DNA of 61,730 nt, filler included. It is 4 parts of 4 records of this genome, joined end to end, with 100 filler letters (N's around TTAATTAATTAA, not from the genome) between each part and the next. Parts side by side here need not be neighbours in the genome. Positions count along the whole stretch, not along the records: positions 16,210 to 36,226 come from SRR22947727_2538; 3 more parts are not named here. One strand, given 5' to 3'. Of the stretch, positions 18,520 to 28,220 are shown in pieces (position 1 is the stretch's first letter; the number at the start of each line of letters is the position of its first letter). The position numbers were made by a program, and so were the translations under genes. The notes under the pieces were generated by a model. It was not told where the DNA came from. It saw only the letters and a program-made list of their open reading frames with translations, and searched no databases.

Positions 18520-20178
18520 ATGTCCGCCAAACCCAGATCTCAGCCCCCTGCACCACTCCTGTGGCTTGCCCTTTATTTTCCTCAGCTGCCCTTAGATGTG
18601 TTTGCTCCTGAGATCTCCGCTGCACGAACAGCTGCACAATCAACAGCGCAAACAGCCCCAAGCCAAGAAGCAACAGGGCCAACAAACCCAGAACCGGCAA
18701 CGATCATATTAGAAGAAAACCGTGTCAGCTTGGCCAATGCCGCGGCTGAAGCTGAAGGTATTGTACTGGGCTGCTCATTAGCCACCGCCCACAGCATTAG
18801 CCCGGAAATTACCTACTTTGCTCGAGACAAAGCTCGAGAGTTCAACCGTTTAGATGCACTTGGGCAATGCTTATACCGCTTCAGCAGCATGGTCAGCCTT
18901 GAAGCCCCAGACTGCATTTTGATAGAAATTCAAGGCAGCTTAAGACTTTGGCAAGGTAAAGAGCGCCTGGTTATGGAAGCCATCCAACTTTGCGAAGAAA
19001 TGGGCCATCAATGTGTTGCGCGTTTAGCACACACCCCACAAGCCGCCGTTGCCTTAGCCCGTGCAAACGCCACACAACTACATAGCGTACCGCTGCACAG
19101 CATTGGTTTAAGCCACCATAACGTTAAAGAACGCGTCATTGAGCACCTAGCCAACATGGGCATTTATACCCTTGGGCAATTGATCGCATTGCCAAAAGCC
19201 AGCCTAGGTAAGCGTTTTGGGCAAAGTCTGGTGCGTTATTTACGGCGTCTTGAGGGTGACTTAGTTGAGCCGCGAAACGGCATTCAACCCAGCAACAACT
19301 TTGCCCAGCAACTGCACCTGCTCAAACCCATAATGAATAAAACCGTGTTGCTGCAAGGGCCTATGCCCTACTTGGCTCAGCAACTACAACATTGGCTGAT
19401 TGCCCGGCAGTTAGCCTGTGTCAGCTTGGAATGGCAGTTTGCGCCATTTCGCGGCAACGGCATCAGCGTTGAAGTGGGCTTTGCCGGTGGCAAGCAGCGC
19501 CAAGGCGACTTTATGCGCCTGAGTCATCTACAGTTAGAAAACATCAAATTGCCGGGCGAAGTACTCTCCATTGGTCTCAAAGCCAAGGTTATCGCCCCAC
19601 TTCAAGCCATAAATAGCGATCTATTTGGCAGTACAGAAAGCGCCACGGGGCTAGTTACAGAATTAGTAGATGAACTCACCGCACGCCTAGGACCAAATAC
19701 CTGCCGCAGCATACAACCCGTGCAAAAATACACGCCGGAAAAAGCCTGGCAACAAGACAGTAGCCAACCTCAGCTACGCCCTCAATCACAGCCACAACTA
19801 CAGCCACAACTACAAAAAGCCCAAAGCAGGCAAAGAAAAAGTGGTGCCAAAAGGAGTGTTAAAAGCAGTGCTCACAAAACAGAACAACATTTAATTGCCA
19901 ACCCAGAGCTTATGGGTAAACGCCCGTTATGGCTGTTTTCGCCACCTCGGCAGATCGCTTTTGCAGAATTAGAATTACTCCAAGGGCCTGAGCGGATTCA
20001 AAGTAATTTTCACCTGGAGCCTAAGCAGAGCACAATTTTTCGCGACTACTACATTGCAAAGCACAAACACGGCTCGCTTTGCTGGGCCTTCACCGAATCG
20101 CCGAGCAAACAGACTGGCACAAGTAGTCACGGCAAAACCGCTGCAAACCCATGGTACCTACACGGTTATTTCGCATGA
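18520..20178 (+). CDS. imuB: ImuB (inactive Y-family polymerase)
   Basis: LWLALYFPQLPLD start, IEIQGSLRL, clamp-motif-like NSDLF, RPLWL, GPERI, RDYY, WYLHGYFA end. Confidence 0.9.
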   Translation: MSAKPRSQPPAPLLWLALYFPQLPLDVFAPEISAARTAAQSTAQTAPSQEATGPTNPEPATIILEENRVSLANAAAEAEGIVLGCSLATAHSISPEITYFARDKAREFNRLDALGQCLYRFSSMVSLEAPDCILIEIQGSLRLWQGKERLVMEAIQLCEEMGHQCVARLAHTPQAAVALARANATQLHSVPLHSIGLSHHNVKERVIEHLANMGIYTLGQLIALPKASLGKRFGQSLVRYLRRLEGDLVEPRNGIQPSNNFAQQLHLLKPIMNKTVLLQGPMPYLAQQLQHWLIARQLACVSLEWQFAPFRGNGISVEVGFAGGKQRQGDFMRLSHLQLENIKLPGEVLSIGLKAKVIAPLQAINSDLFGSTESATGLVTELVDELTARLGPNTCRSIQPVQKYTPEKAWQQDSSQPQLRPQSQPQLQPQLQKAQSRQRKSGAKRSVKSSAHKTEQHLIANPELMGKRPLWLFSPPRQIAFAELELLQGPERIQSNFHLEPKQSTIFRDYYIAKHKHGSLCWAFTESPSKQTGTSSHGKTAANPWYLHGYFA

Positions 20179-23100
20179 AAGACTTAAATACCGCATTAGG
20201 TTTAACCTTAAATTTAAATTCAAATACAGATTCGAATACAACGAATAGCCCGCAACCACCGCCAGCATTTGCAGAGCTACATTGCATCAGCAACTACAGT
20301 TTCTTGCGTGGTGCATCACACCCAGAGGAAATGGTTCAGCGCGCCTATGAGCTGGGCTATAAAGCCATAGCCATCACCGATGAATGCTCATACTCAGGCT
20401 TAGTCAAAGCCCATAAAACCGCACAAGAATGCGGCATGAAACTGATCATAGGTTCGGAGTTCATCATTACCCCTGACTTTGCAGAGGAGGAAGGCGCACA
20501 TTCAAGCAACCCGAACATTGCCAGCGGACGCGACAAACTGATCTTGCTCGCTCCAGACCGAGCCGCTTATGGTCAGCTTTCAACCCTCATCAGCAAATTA
20601 CGCCGCCGCTCAGAAAAAGGCACCTACCAAGTGTACTTAGAGGATTTCCGCTGGGGCTTAAAAAACTGCTTGGCATTATGGGTGCCAGGGGGACAAAGCA
20701 TTGAAGCTCAAGGACAAACTGGCGCAGCGTTAAAAGCATTGTTTAGCCGGCTATGGATTGCGCTAGAGCTATTCAGAGACGGCCAAGATTTAGATAAAAC
20801 TGCCCATGCGCTCACCCTGTCTTCGCGCTTGGGTTTACCCATAGTGGCGAGCAATGATGTGCACACCCACTGCCCTGAGCGCCAGCCACTGCAAGATGTG
20901 CTCACTGCCATAAAACTGAACACCAATGTGCATGAGCTGGGTTACCAAGGTTTTGCCAATGCCGAGCGCACCCTGCGCCCACTACAAGAACTAGCCACCC
21001 TATACCCATCGGAAATGCTGGCTGAAAGCATAAAAATTGCCGACCTTTGCCAATTCAACATGCTGGAACTGCGCTATGAGTACCCACAAGATTTAGTGCC
21101 CCCACACCTCACCCCCAAGGCCTACTTGCGCCAACTGACCTTTGCAGGGGCACAAGAGCGCTGGCCCCAAGGCATACCCGAAGACGCGCTGGCACTGATA
21201 GAAAAAGAATTATTGTTAGTAGCGCAACTGAATTACGAACACTACTTTTTAACCGTACAAGACATTGTGCAATTTGCCCGCAGCCAAAATATTCTTTGCC
21301 AAGGTCGCGGCTCGGCAGCCAACTCGGCGGTTTGTTACTGCCTATTTATTACCGAAGTAGACCCCGCCCGCATGCACCTGTTGTTTGAACGATTTATTTC
21401 CATGGAGCGTAAAGAGCCACCGGATATTGATGTGGACTTTGAACACGAGCGACGCGAAGAAGTCATTCAATATATCTATAAGCGTTATGGCCGCGAGCGT
21501 GCAGCGCTGGCCGCCACACTGATAACTTATCGCCCACGCAGCGCCATCCGCGACGTGGGTAAAGCCCTTGGGCTGGACATTGGCGTACTAGAACTATTGT
21601 CTAAGTCTATTGCCTGGTGGGACAACAAAGATGTGTTAGACGAGCGCTTCCGCTCAATAGGCCTAGACCCAGAAAGCCCACAAGCCACACAGTTCTTTCG
21701 CTTCTTTAACGAAATTTTAGGTTTCCCCAGACACCTGTCTCAACATGTGGGCGGCTTCATTATCTCCAGCGGCCCCCTCACCCAACTGGTGCCCATAGAA
21801 AATGCCAGCATGCCCGAGCGCACGGTCATTCAATGGGACAAAGAAGACATAGAAATTTTAGGCCTGCTAAAAATTGATGTACTGGCACTGGGTATGTTAA
21901 CCGCCATACGCAAAGCCTTAGACCTGTGTTACAGCAGCGGCCAAGTATCGAGTCCGCTCACCATTCAGCAAATACCCGCCGAAGACAAAGCAACCTATCA
22001 AATGCTGCAAACCGGCGACAGCGTGGGTGTTTTCCAGGTTGAATCCCGTGCACAAATGGCCATGTTGCCAAGACTAAAACCACAAAACTTTTACGACTTA
22101 GTGATAGAAGTGGCCATTGTGCGGCCAGGGCCCATTCAAGGCGACATGGTGCACCCCTATTTACGCCGTCGCCAAGGGTTAGAACCTGTCACCTACGCCA
22201 GCCCCGGCGTGCGTAAAGTGTTAGAGCGCACATTAGGCATTCCTATATTTCAGGAACAGGTTATTGAACTGGCCATGGTGGCAGCCGGATTCAGCGCCGG
22301 AGAAGCCGATCAACTACGCAGAGCCATGGCGGCATGGAAAAAGCGCGGCGGCCTAGAACACTTTGGCGAGAAGCTGATTAACGGCATGCGTGACAACGGC
22401 CACAGTGAAGAATTCGCCGAGCGCATATTTAATCAAATGAAGGGGTTTGGTGAATACGGCTTCCCAGAATCTCACGCGGCCAGTTTCGCGCTACTGGTAT
22501 ATATCTCGGCATGGTTAAAGTGCCACCAACCCGCTGCATTTTACGCAGGCTTACTCAACAGCTTGCCCATGGGTTTTTACTCCCCATCACAACTGATACA
22601 AGACGCCAAGCGTCACCATGTAATAGTACGCCCAATAGATGTTGCCATTAGCCAATGGGATCACACATTAGAACCCCCAGAGCAGCCGCTTAAACAACCC
22701 GTGCTACGTTTAGGGTTACGTTTAGTGAAAGGCCTAAACCGCACAGCTGGTGAGCGCATTTGCGCCGCACAAAACAGCGCCCATATTTCCAACGCTAAAG
22801 ATCTAGCGCGGCGCGCAGGCTTAGATGATCAACAATTGAGTTTTCTTGCACGCTCCGGGGCATTAGCCGGATTAGTCGGTCACCGGCATCAAGCCCACTG
22901 GGATGTTACCGGCATAGAAGCACCATTAGCTTTGGAACGCCCACAAAAACAATATGCCATGGGTAATGAAAACGTCTATTTGAATACGCCCACGGTGAGC
23001 GAAGACATGCTCAACGACTATCGCTACACAGGGTTAACCCTAGGCCCCCACCCCATGGCACTGCTGCGTAACCACCCCACATTAAAAGGCTTCCGCCACG

Positions 23101-23426
23101 CACAAGATTTAGAAGAATGCAGATCAGGGCAACTGATTCGTATTGCTGGACTCGTCACAGGCAGACAGCGCCCAGGCACCGCCAGCGGTGTGGTGTTTTT
23201 AACCTTAGAAGATGAAACTGGCAATACCAACATTATTATTTGGTCCACCGTTATGGCCCGCTTTCGCGCCGCGTTACTGCAAGGCCAATTGCTCAAGTTT
23301 AAAGGCGTTGTAGAGCGCGAAGGCCGAGTGATTCATGTGGTGGCAGGACACGTAGAAGACGCCAGTGAACTCTTGGAAGATGTACAAGCCCATGAAACAC
23401 CGTTTAAGTCTAGAGACTTCCATTAG
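20175..23426 (+). CDS. dnaE2: Error-prone DNA polymerase DnaE2 (ImuC)
   Basis: AELHCISNYSFLRGAS, QGRGSAANS, PPDIDVDFE, YGFPESHAASFA, C-terminal SRDFH; start at the ATGA overlap with imuB. Confidence 0.96.
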   Translation: MKDLNTALGLTLNLNSNTDSNTTNSPQPPPAFAELHCISNYSFLRGASHPEEMVQRAYELGYKAIAITDECSYSGLVKAHKTAQECGMKLIIGSEFIITPDFAEEEGAHSSNPNIASGRDKLILLAPDRAAYGQLSTLISKLRRRSEKGTYQVYLEDFRWGLKNCLALWVPGGQSIEAQGQTGAALKALFSRLWIALELFRDGQDLDKTAHALTLSSRLGLPIVASNDVHTHCPERQPLQDVLTAIKLNTNVHELGYQGFANAERTLRPLQELATLYPSEMLAESIKIADLCQFNMLELRYEYPQDLVPPHLTPKAYLRQLTFAGAQERWPQGIPEDALALIEKELLLVAQLNYEHYFLTVQDIVQFARSQNILCQGRGSAANSAVCYCLFITEVDPARMHLLFERFISMERKEPPDIDVDFEHERREEVIQYIYKRYGRERAALAATLITYRPRSAIRDVGKALGLDIGVLELLSKSIAWWDNKDVLDERFRSIGLDPESPQATQFFRFFNEILGFPRHLSQHVGGFIISSGPLTQLVPIENASMPERTVIQWDKEDIEILGLLKIDVLALGMLTAIRKALDLCYSSGQVSSPLTIQQIPAEDKATYQMLQTGDSVGVFQVESRAQMAMLPRLKPQNFYDLVIEVAIVRPGPIQGDMVHPYLRRRQGLEPVTYASPGVRKVLERTLGIPIFQEQVIELAMVAAGFSAGEADQLRRAMAAWKKRGGLEHFGEKLINGMRDNGHSEEFAERIFNQMKGFGEYGFPESHAASFALLVYISAWLKCHQPAAFYAGLLNSLPMGFYSPSQLIQDAKRHHVIVRPIDVAISQWDHTLEPPEQPLKQPVLRLGLRLVKGLNRTAGERICAAQNSAHISNAKDLARRAGLDDQQLSFLARSGALAGLVGHRHQAHWDVTGIEAPLALERPQKQYAMGNENVYLNTPTVSEDMLNDYRYTGLTLGPHPMALLRNHPTLKGFRHAQDLEECRSGQLIRIAGLVTGRQRPGTASGVVFLTLEDETGNTNIIIWSTVMARFRAALLQGQLLKFKGVVEREGRVIHVVAGHVEDASELLEDVQAHETPFKSRDFH

Positions 23427-23711
23427 CGTCAAGTGCTCTGAGAGGAACTCTTTCACCACTCAGAACTTTTCTTTAGTCACCCAAAATAAAACGTTGAAAA
23501 AACCCAATAAACAACGTCATTAGAACCCGTTAACAAAAAGTACTGGCCCAAAAAACTAGCAAAAGCACTGATAAAAAATACTGGGGATATTTAAGCGTTC
23601 ATTTGCTATCTTTCGCGCTAGCACGGCCGAGACAATTCGCAGACAAAACTCTGCCGCTCTCGGGCACATTTAACCTCTTGCCAAAACGGCGGAAGATATA
23701 GGTTCAACAAT

Positions 23712-24140
23712 ATGCAATTCACGCCATTTCACCTCGCTATTCCGGTAACAGACCTAGGCGCAGCAGAAGATTTTTATGCCAATGTATTGGGCTGCGGCAT
23801 AGGCAGGCGCAGCAGTGAGTGGATTGACTTCAACCTATTCGGCCATCAATTGGTGTGCCATGAGGTAGCCGCCAGCGCTGCTAATAAGGTTGACCCCAGC
23901 AATGCAGTAGATGGCCACGACGTACCCATCCCCCACTTTGGCGTGGTGTTAGAAATGGACACTTGGAAAACGTTACGCGACCGGCTGATTGCCAATGAAA
24001 TACAATTCATTATAGAACCACACATCAGATTCGCCGACCAAGTAGGCGAACAAGCCACTATGTTCTTCCACGACCCCAGCGGCAACGCGGTGGAGTTCAA
24101 AGCCTTTGCAGACATCGAAACAGAACTGTTTAAAGCCTAA
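23712..24140 (+). CDS. VOC/glyoxalase-family protein
   Basis: [37 protein letters not shown]. Confidence 0.88.
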   Translation: MQFTPFHLAIPVTDLGAAEDFYANVLGCGIGRRSSEWIDFNLFGHQLVCHEVAASAANKVDPSNAVDGHDVPIPHFGVVLEMDTWKTLRDRLIANEIQFIIEPHIRFADQVGEQATMFFHDPSGNAVEFKAFADIETELFKA

Positions 24141-24240
24141 TTAAACAACAGTAACTTGGGTTAAAACCGATCCAAGAAGAAGCGAAAAGCAACTTGGCCC
24201 GACCGGCAAAAAGCCAGGTAATGTTATTAACTAACGTGTA

Positions 24241-25287
24241 CTAATTTATGTGTCGGCGCAAAAACTCAGCCAGCTCTCTGTAAGTGGCCTCGTGCTCTGG
24301 AGAATCAATAACAAACGCATACTCCGCGTGAGACAACCCCTCATACACATTAAGATCAGCCTCCACCCCTGCATTGCGCAGCTTGCGGTGCACTCGAGCC
24401 GTATCGCTCAAAAACATATCTCGAGTACCGGTGACCAAATAAGTCGCGGGGAAGCCAACAAGGTCACCATAAACTGGCGACAGTAAGGGGTCCTTCAGAT
24501 CCACACCGTCTGCATAGAGTAATGCAGCGGCTTCCAACAAGGCATCATAAGTCACCCAAACTCGATCAATACCTTCCATAGTAAAAAGCGTATCACCGGT
24601 TTTAGTTAGGTCTGCCCAGGGCGTACCCAAGTACAGTGCGCCGGGAGGGGGCAAACCCAAAGTTTTGAAATGATGCACGGCAGCCATACTTAAACCGCCA
24701 CCCGCAGAAGTACCTCCCATACCCATATTGGCAGCATCATGAGTTTTCAATAACTCGCGATAAACCATTTCCACATCAGTCATAGCAGCAGGGTGAGGAT
24801 GGTCAGGGGGCATACGGTAATCAATAGAAATGGTCGCAATACCAGAACGCGCAGAAATTAAGGCACCCTCCGGAACGCTGGCGTCGCCGCCGCCAAAGAC
24901 ATAAGCCCCACCATGAATATAAATAAACAGACCCTTGCCCAGAACTACATCATTTGGCACCACTCGATGCACGGCAACGCCAGCAATAACGTCCCGAGTA
25001 ATAGCCACATTAAGCTCTGCAGCCAACTCATCAAGGGATACTTCTTGGCTTTCAGCGCGCAGCGCAATAGCGCTATGCCATTGATCCGCACTCTGGGGCA
25101 CCAACAATTTGCGCAAAGCAACATCAGGTTTGCCCGCGTCAACAATAGCTTGTTGTAGCGCTTCACTCGCTCCTGCTGGTGTAGGTAAGCCTGTAGCTTT
25201 GTAAAGTTGACCGGCCAGAAGCAAGCCAACAACTAGTCCAGCAACCAATAATAAAAAGCCAACCGCAACTGTACGAATCTTCATCAA
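24241..25287 (-). CDS. Alpha/beta hydrolase (HSL-family esterase) with N-terminal signal/anchor
   Basis: IHGGAY oxyanion motif, GTSAGG nucleophile elbow, GTRD, H in GLSHA. Confidence 0.88.
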   Translation of the reverse strand: MMKIRTVAVGFLLLVAGLVVGLLLAGQLYKATGLPTPAGASEALQQAIVDAGKPDVALRKLLVPQSADQWHSAIALRAESQEVSLDELAAELNVAITRDVIAGVAVHRVVPNDVVLGKGLFIYIHGGAYVFGGGDASVPEGALISARSGIATISIDYRMPPDHPHPAAMTDVEMVYRELLKTHDAANMGMGGTSAGGGLSMAAVHHFKTLGLPPPGALYLGTPWADLTKTGDTLFTMEGIDRVWVTYDALLEAAALLYADGVDLKDPLLSPVYGDLVGFPATYLVTGTRDMFLSDTARVHRKLRNAGVEADLNVYEGLSHAEYAFVIDSPEHEATYRELAEFLRRHIN

Positions 25288-25445
25288 CTAACCCCCTCAG
25301 ATCATTTGAATAAGACAACCACACACCAAACATTGCCTTTCTAGATGCCGCCGAAATACTAACGAATAATCTAACTTTCTACCAACCAAAAAAATCTACG
25401 GCTATCTGGCTGGCAGGCTTAACAACCCAAAATTCCGCAAAACCA

Positions 25446-25892
25446 CTAACCCGCAATTTGAATTAAAAAAACAACTTCTTCACGCAACAACTGCTCAGAC
25501 AAAATACTGTCGTCCATACAAACCATCTGTATGTCCACGCCCGTTCTCTCCGCTAAAAATGAAGCCAGTTGTATCACTCCGGGGCCATCATCTAAAATCG
25601 AAGTATCTGCTCTAATCGTACCTAACAAAATGCCCGTCCTACTAAAAGATGGGTCCAAACCGCCAACTATCGTAATTTCATAATACTGTCTAGATAAGCG
25701 CAAGACCGGCGCGCCCGCTAGCTGACCCCAGGTGACACTAGACTCAGCTCTCAGTCTGTCTTCTCCAACTACAAACATATCAATCTGTTCAACTGAATCA
25801 ACAAATACATTCGGCGGGAAGCAAGCAGCTGATACACACGCAGGCAACAAACCCAGAAGAATAAACGTTAGCCTTTTACTCATTAGACTCAT
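25446..25892 (-). CDS. Hypothetical exported protein
   Basis: Signal-peptide-like N-terminus (KRLTFILLGLLPACVSA); no recognised motif. Confidence 0.55.
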   Translation of the reverse strand: MSLMSKRLTFILLGLLPACVSAACFPPNVFVDSVEQIDMFVVGEDRLRAESSVTWGQLAGAPVLRLSRQYYEITIVGGLDPSFSRTGILLGTIRADTSILDDGPGVIQLASFLAERTGVDIQMVCMDDSILSEQLLREEVVFLIQIAG

Positions 25893-26088
25893 CGAACTTT
25901 ACCGCCTTTCGCAGCTAAGCCAGTATGGACTAGTTAGCTACCCGCCATCAACACACATCAAACTGATATCTTTACAACAGCACTTTGCTAGAAACCGCTT
26001 AGTTTTACGACACCCATACAACTGCATAATAGGTAGACCTAACAGAAAACCAAAGAGCCCCCGCTGTGCGCGGAGGGGTCAATAACGA

Positions 26089-26856
26089 CTAGTCTTGCCG
26101 CCCTATCCAAACCTGTTTAGATACTGCGCAGCACTCGCCCTGCTGGTTAAACATAGCAGTACCCGCAAAGTGTTTTTTACCCTCAATGCCAATACACCAA
26201 CCAATAACAACAATCTGATCAGAAGCGGCAACCGGCTTCAGAATCTTGGCGGTCATACGACCCAACAAGCCGGTACGAATACCCTCATTCATAAAGGCAA
26301 ACTGCCCGGGACAATCAAGCGCAGCCCACACAACCGCTGACGGCAAAAAGCCCTGATCATCGGCAAACGCAGCATTCGGCTGCCATGCAGCAGCGACCCC
26401 ATCAAACCCTTCAACAGGTGCAGCAAACACACGCAAACCCTCAGAGGCATCGACATCCGCGCCACAACAAAAACAAATAGGATGAAAACCTAATCCGCTG
26501 GGAACAAGAGAATTAAGTCCCGGCATTAAAGCAGGCGACTCACCAACAGCGGCAGCGGCGTCAGCAAAAGACGGCGGTGTAGGTACATCCAAATCAAGCT
26601 CAATACGCTCGGCCTGAGCAATCAAAACTTCGCCCTGCTTCACATCCAAGTGATCAGCATCTACACCAACCACCTGCATCTCCACATCAAGCGGCGTAGG
26701 CGCACGAAGCGTGACCTGCACCGCATCACCGGCCCCATCAGCTGGCGCGCCACTTAGCGCAAAAAGGTGCCCCGCAAAAGCGCCACTGATATACCCGCCA
26801 TTACCTGAATCGGGTGGACCACGGAACTTCGCTTCAATGACAATAGATGACTGCAT
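26089..26856 (-). CDS. Double hotdog-fold (thioesterase-like) protein
   Basis: FRGPPDSGNGGY, CFCCG, VWAALDCPG, GKKHFAGTA. Confidence 0.75.
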   Translation of the reverse strand: MQSSIVIEAKFRGPPDSGNGGYISGAFAGHLFALSGAPADGAGDAVQVTLRAPTPLDVEMQVVGVDADHLDVKQGEVLIAQAERIELDLDVPTPPSFADAAAAVGESPALMPGLNSLVPSGLGFHPICFCCGADVDASEGLRVFAAPVEGFDGVAAAWQPNAAFADDQGFLPSAVVWAALDCPGQFAFMNEGIRTGLLGRMTAKILKPVAASDQIVVIGWCIGIEGKKHFAGTAMFNQQGECCAVSKQVWIGRQD

Positions 26857-27131
26857 AAACTACTCATTCTAGAAAAGCCGCGAAGTTTATTGAAAAACAC
26901 GCGGAACTGATAGCGGCACAAAAATGCCAGCAGCTGTCACGTCTAAATTGGGCGGCGTTGTACGAGCGCTGCGCTAAAAATATAAGTTAGGCAAGAGGAA
27001 AACACCAGGTTAGGTAATCTGGATAAGCCTATAATAAGAATTTATGCGAACAGACTCTTAATATAGACTAACGTTGGCGAGCCAACCCAAAATTATAGAC
27101 ATTTGAAATTCAAATCAAACAAACCGTTAGT

Positions 27132-27854
27132 TTATTCATAACCAAACACTGCAATTTCCACAACCGCTTTTAATTTATATATGGCGCTTACAGATTTGAT
27201 GGCGTCAAGAAACCATGGCTTACTGTCAGGATGCACCAATATTTTATGAATCAACGTATCCATCGATACATTTAACTCGTAACCAACAGGAGTTTTTTTG
27301 CTCGGATATTCTTTAGAATAAGTGTCTAAGCTTATCCTCACTTCTTTCTCAAAAGAAAAGTGCCTACGCTTTCTAAAAAAGCAGTCTTCGTATCTGAGAA
27401 CTCCATCAATTGCATCGGCGTTTTCATACAAAACTTCTTTAAGCCAAAGTGAGTTTCCGCGCAATAAAGCGGGATTTACGCTTTTTTTTAGACTGTCTGC
27501 TGTTGTTTGAATAGCAACGGAATTTTGGTCTTTTCCATACATAGACCACATCACCATGCTTTCTTCAGTATTTTTGTGCCAACAGCTAATAAACGTATTT
27601 TTGACTAAGTAGTCTTGGAAGTCGATGGCATCCCTAACAGGCGACTCGTCATTACTAGGCATATTTTCATAAGCCTTTTCTATATAACCACGCATTTCTT
27701 CTGGAAAGCGCCCTTCATGTTTATCTGCAAAAGTATCTGCTCTCGCCAACCATATAATTTCTTTCTGGAGCATCGAGATGAATTTTCCAACATCCATATA
27801 CCGCCAAAGAACAACGTCATTTTCTAAACCATTTGCTTTCAAGGGTATTGTCAC
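27132..27854 (-). CDS. DUF2971-like protein; AT-rich, probably horizontally acquired
   Basis: LWRYMD..KFISML, D..EG, FISCWH...ESMVMWSMY, FRKR..FSFEKEVR. Confidence 0.72.
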   Translation of the reverse strand: MTIPLKANGLENDVVLWRYMDVGKFISMLQKEIIWLARADTFADKHEGRFPEEMRGYIEKAYENMPSNDESPVRDAIDFQDYLVKNTFISCWHKNTEESMVMWSMYGKDQNSVAIQTTADSLKKSVNPALLRGNSLWLKEVLYENADAIDGVLRYEDCFFRKRRHFSFEKEVRISLDTYSKEYPSKKTPVGYELNVSMDTLIHKILVHPDSKPWFLDAIKSVSAIYKLKAVVEIAVFGYE

Positions 27855-28220
27855 AATTCTACAACCTATTTAACTGTTGATATCACGAACTTGAATGGCT
27901 GATCCCATCTTGAGCCATGCGCTGTCAATAGACATTAAGACGGGAGGGGCAAACACTCCCCTAAACGAGTTGTTAACTACATCGCGCCTGACAAAATTAA
28001 CGCCGCTAGCCTTTAATCATATTGTGGCCTATCCAGCCTGCTATGGCAGAGAGATGCTGCCGCTCCATACCAAAACATTACAATTTGGAGGTATCCCTGA
28101 ACGTCGAAGAAAAACGCCACGTATATCCGAGACTCTAGATTTGCCCAACACACCCTCCCCCCTATGACAACCCCACCGTCAATGTCACAATGCCCGCCAT
28201 TACTTGCTTGAGATTTTGTT

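Noticed and set aside
23500-23590. A-rich stretch with recurring AAAA(G)TACTG-like words after dnaE2
   Set aside because: Too degenerate and irregular to define a repeat unit or an RNA structure.
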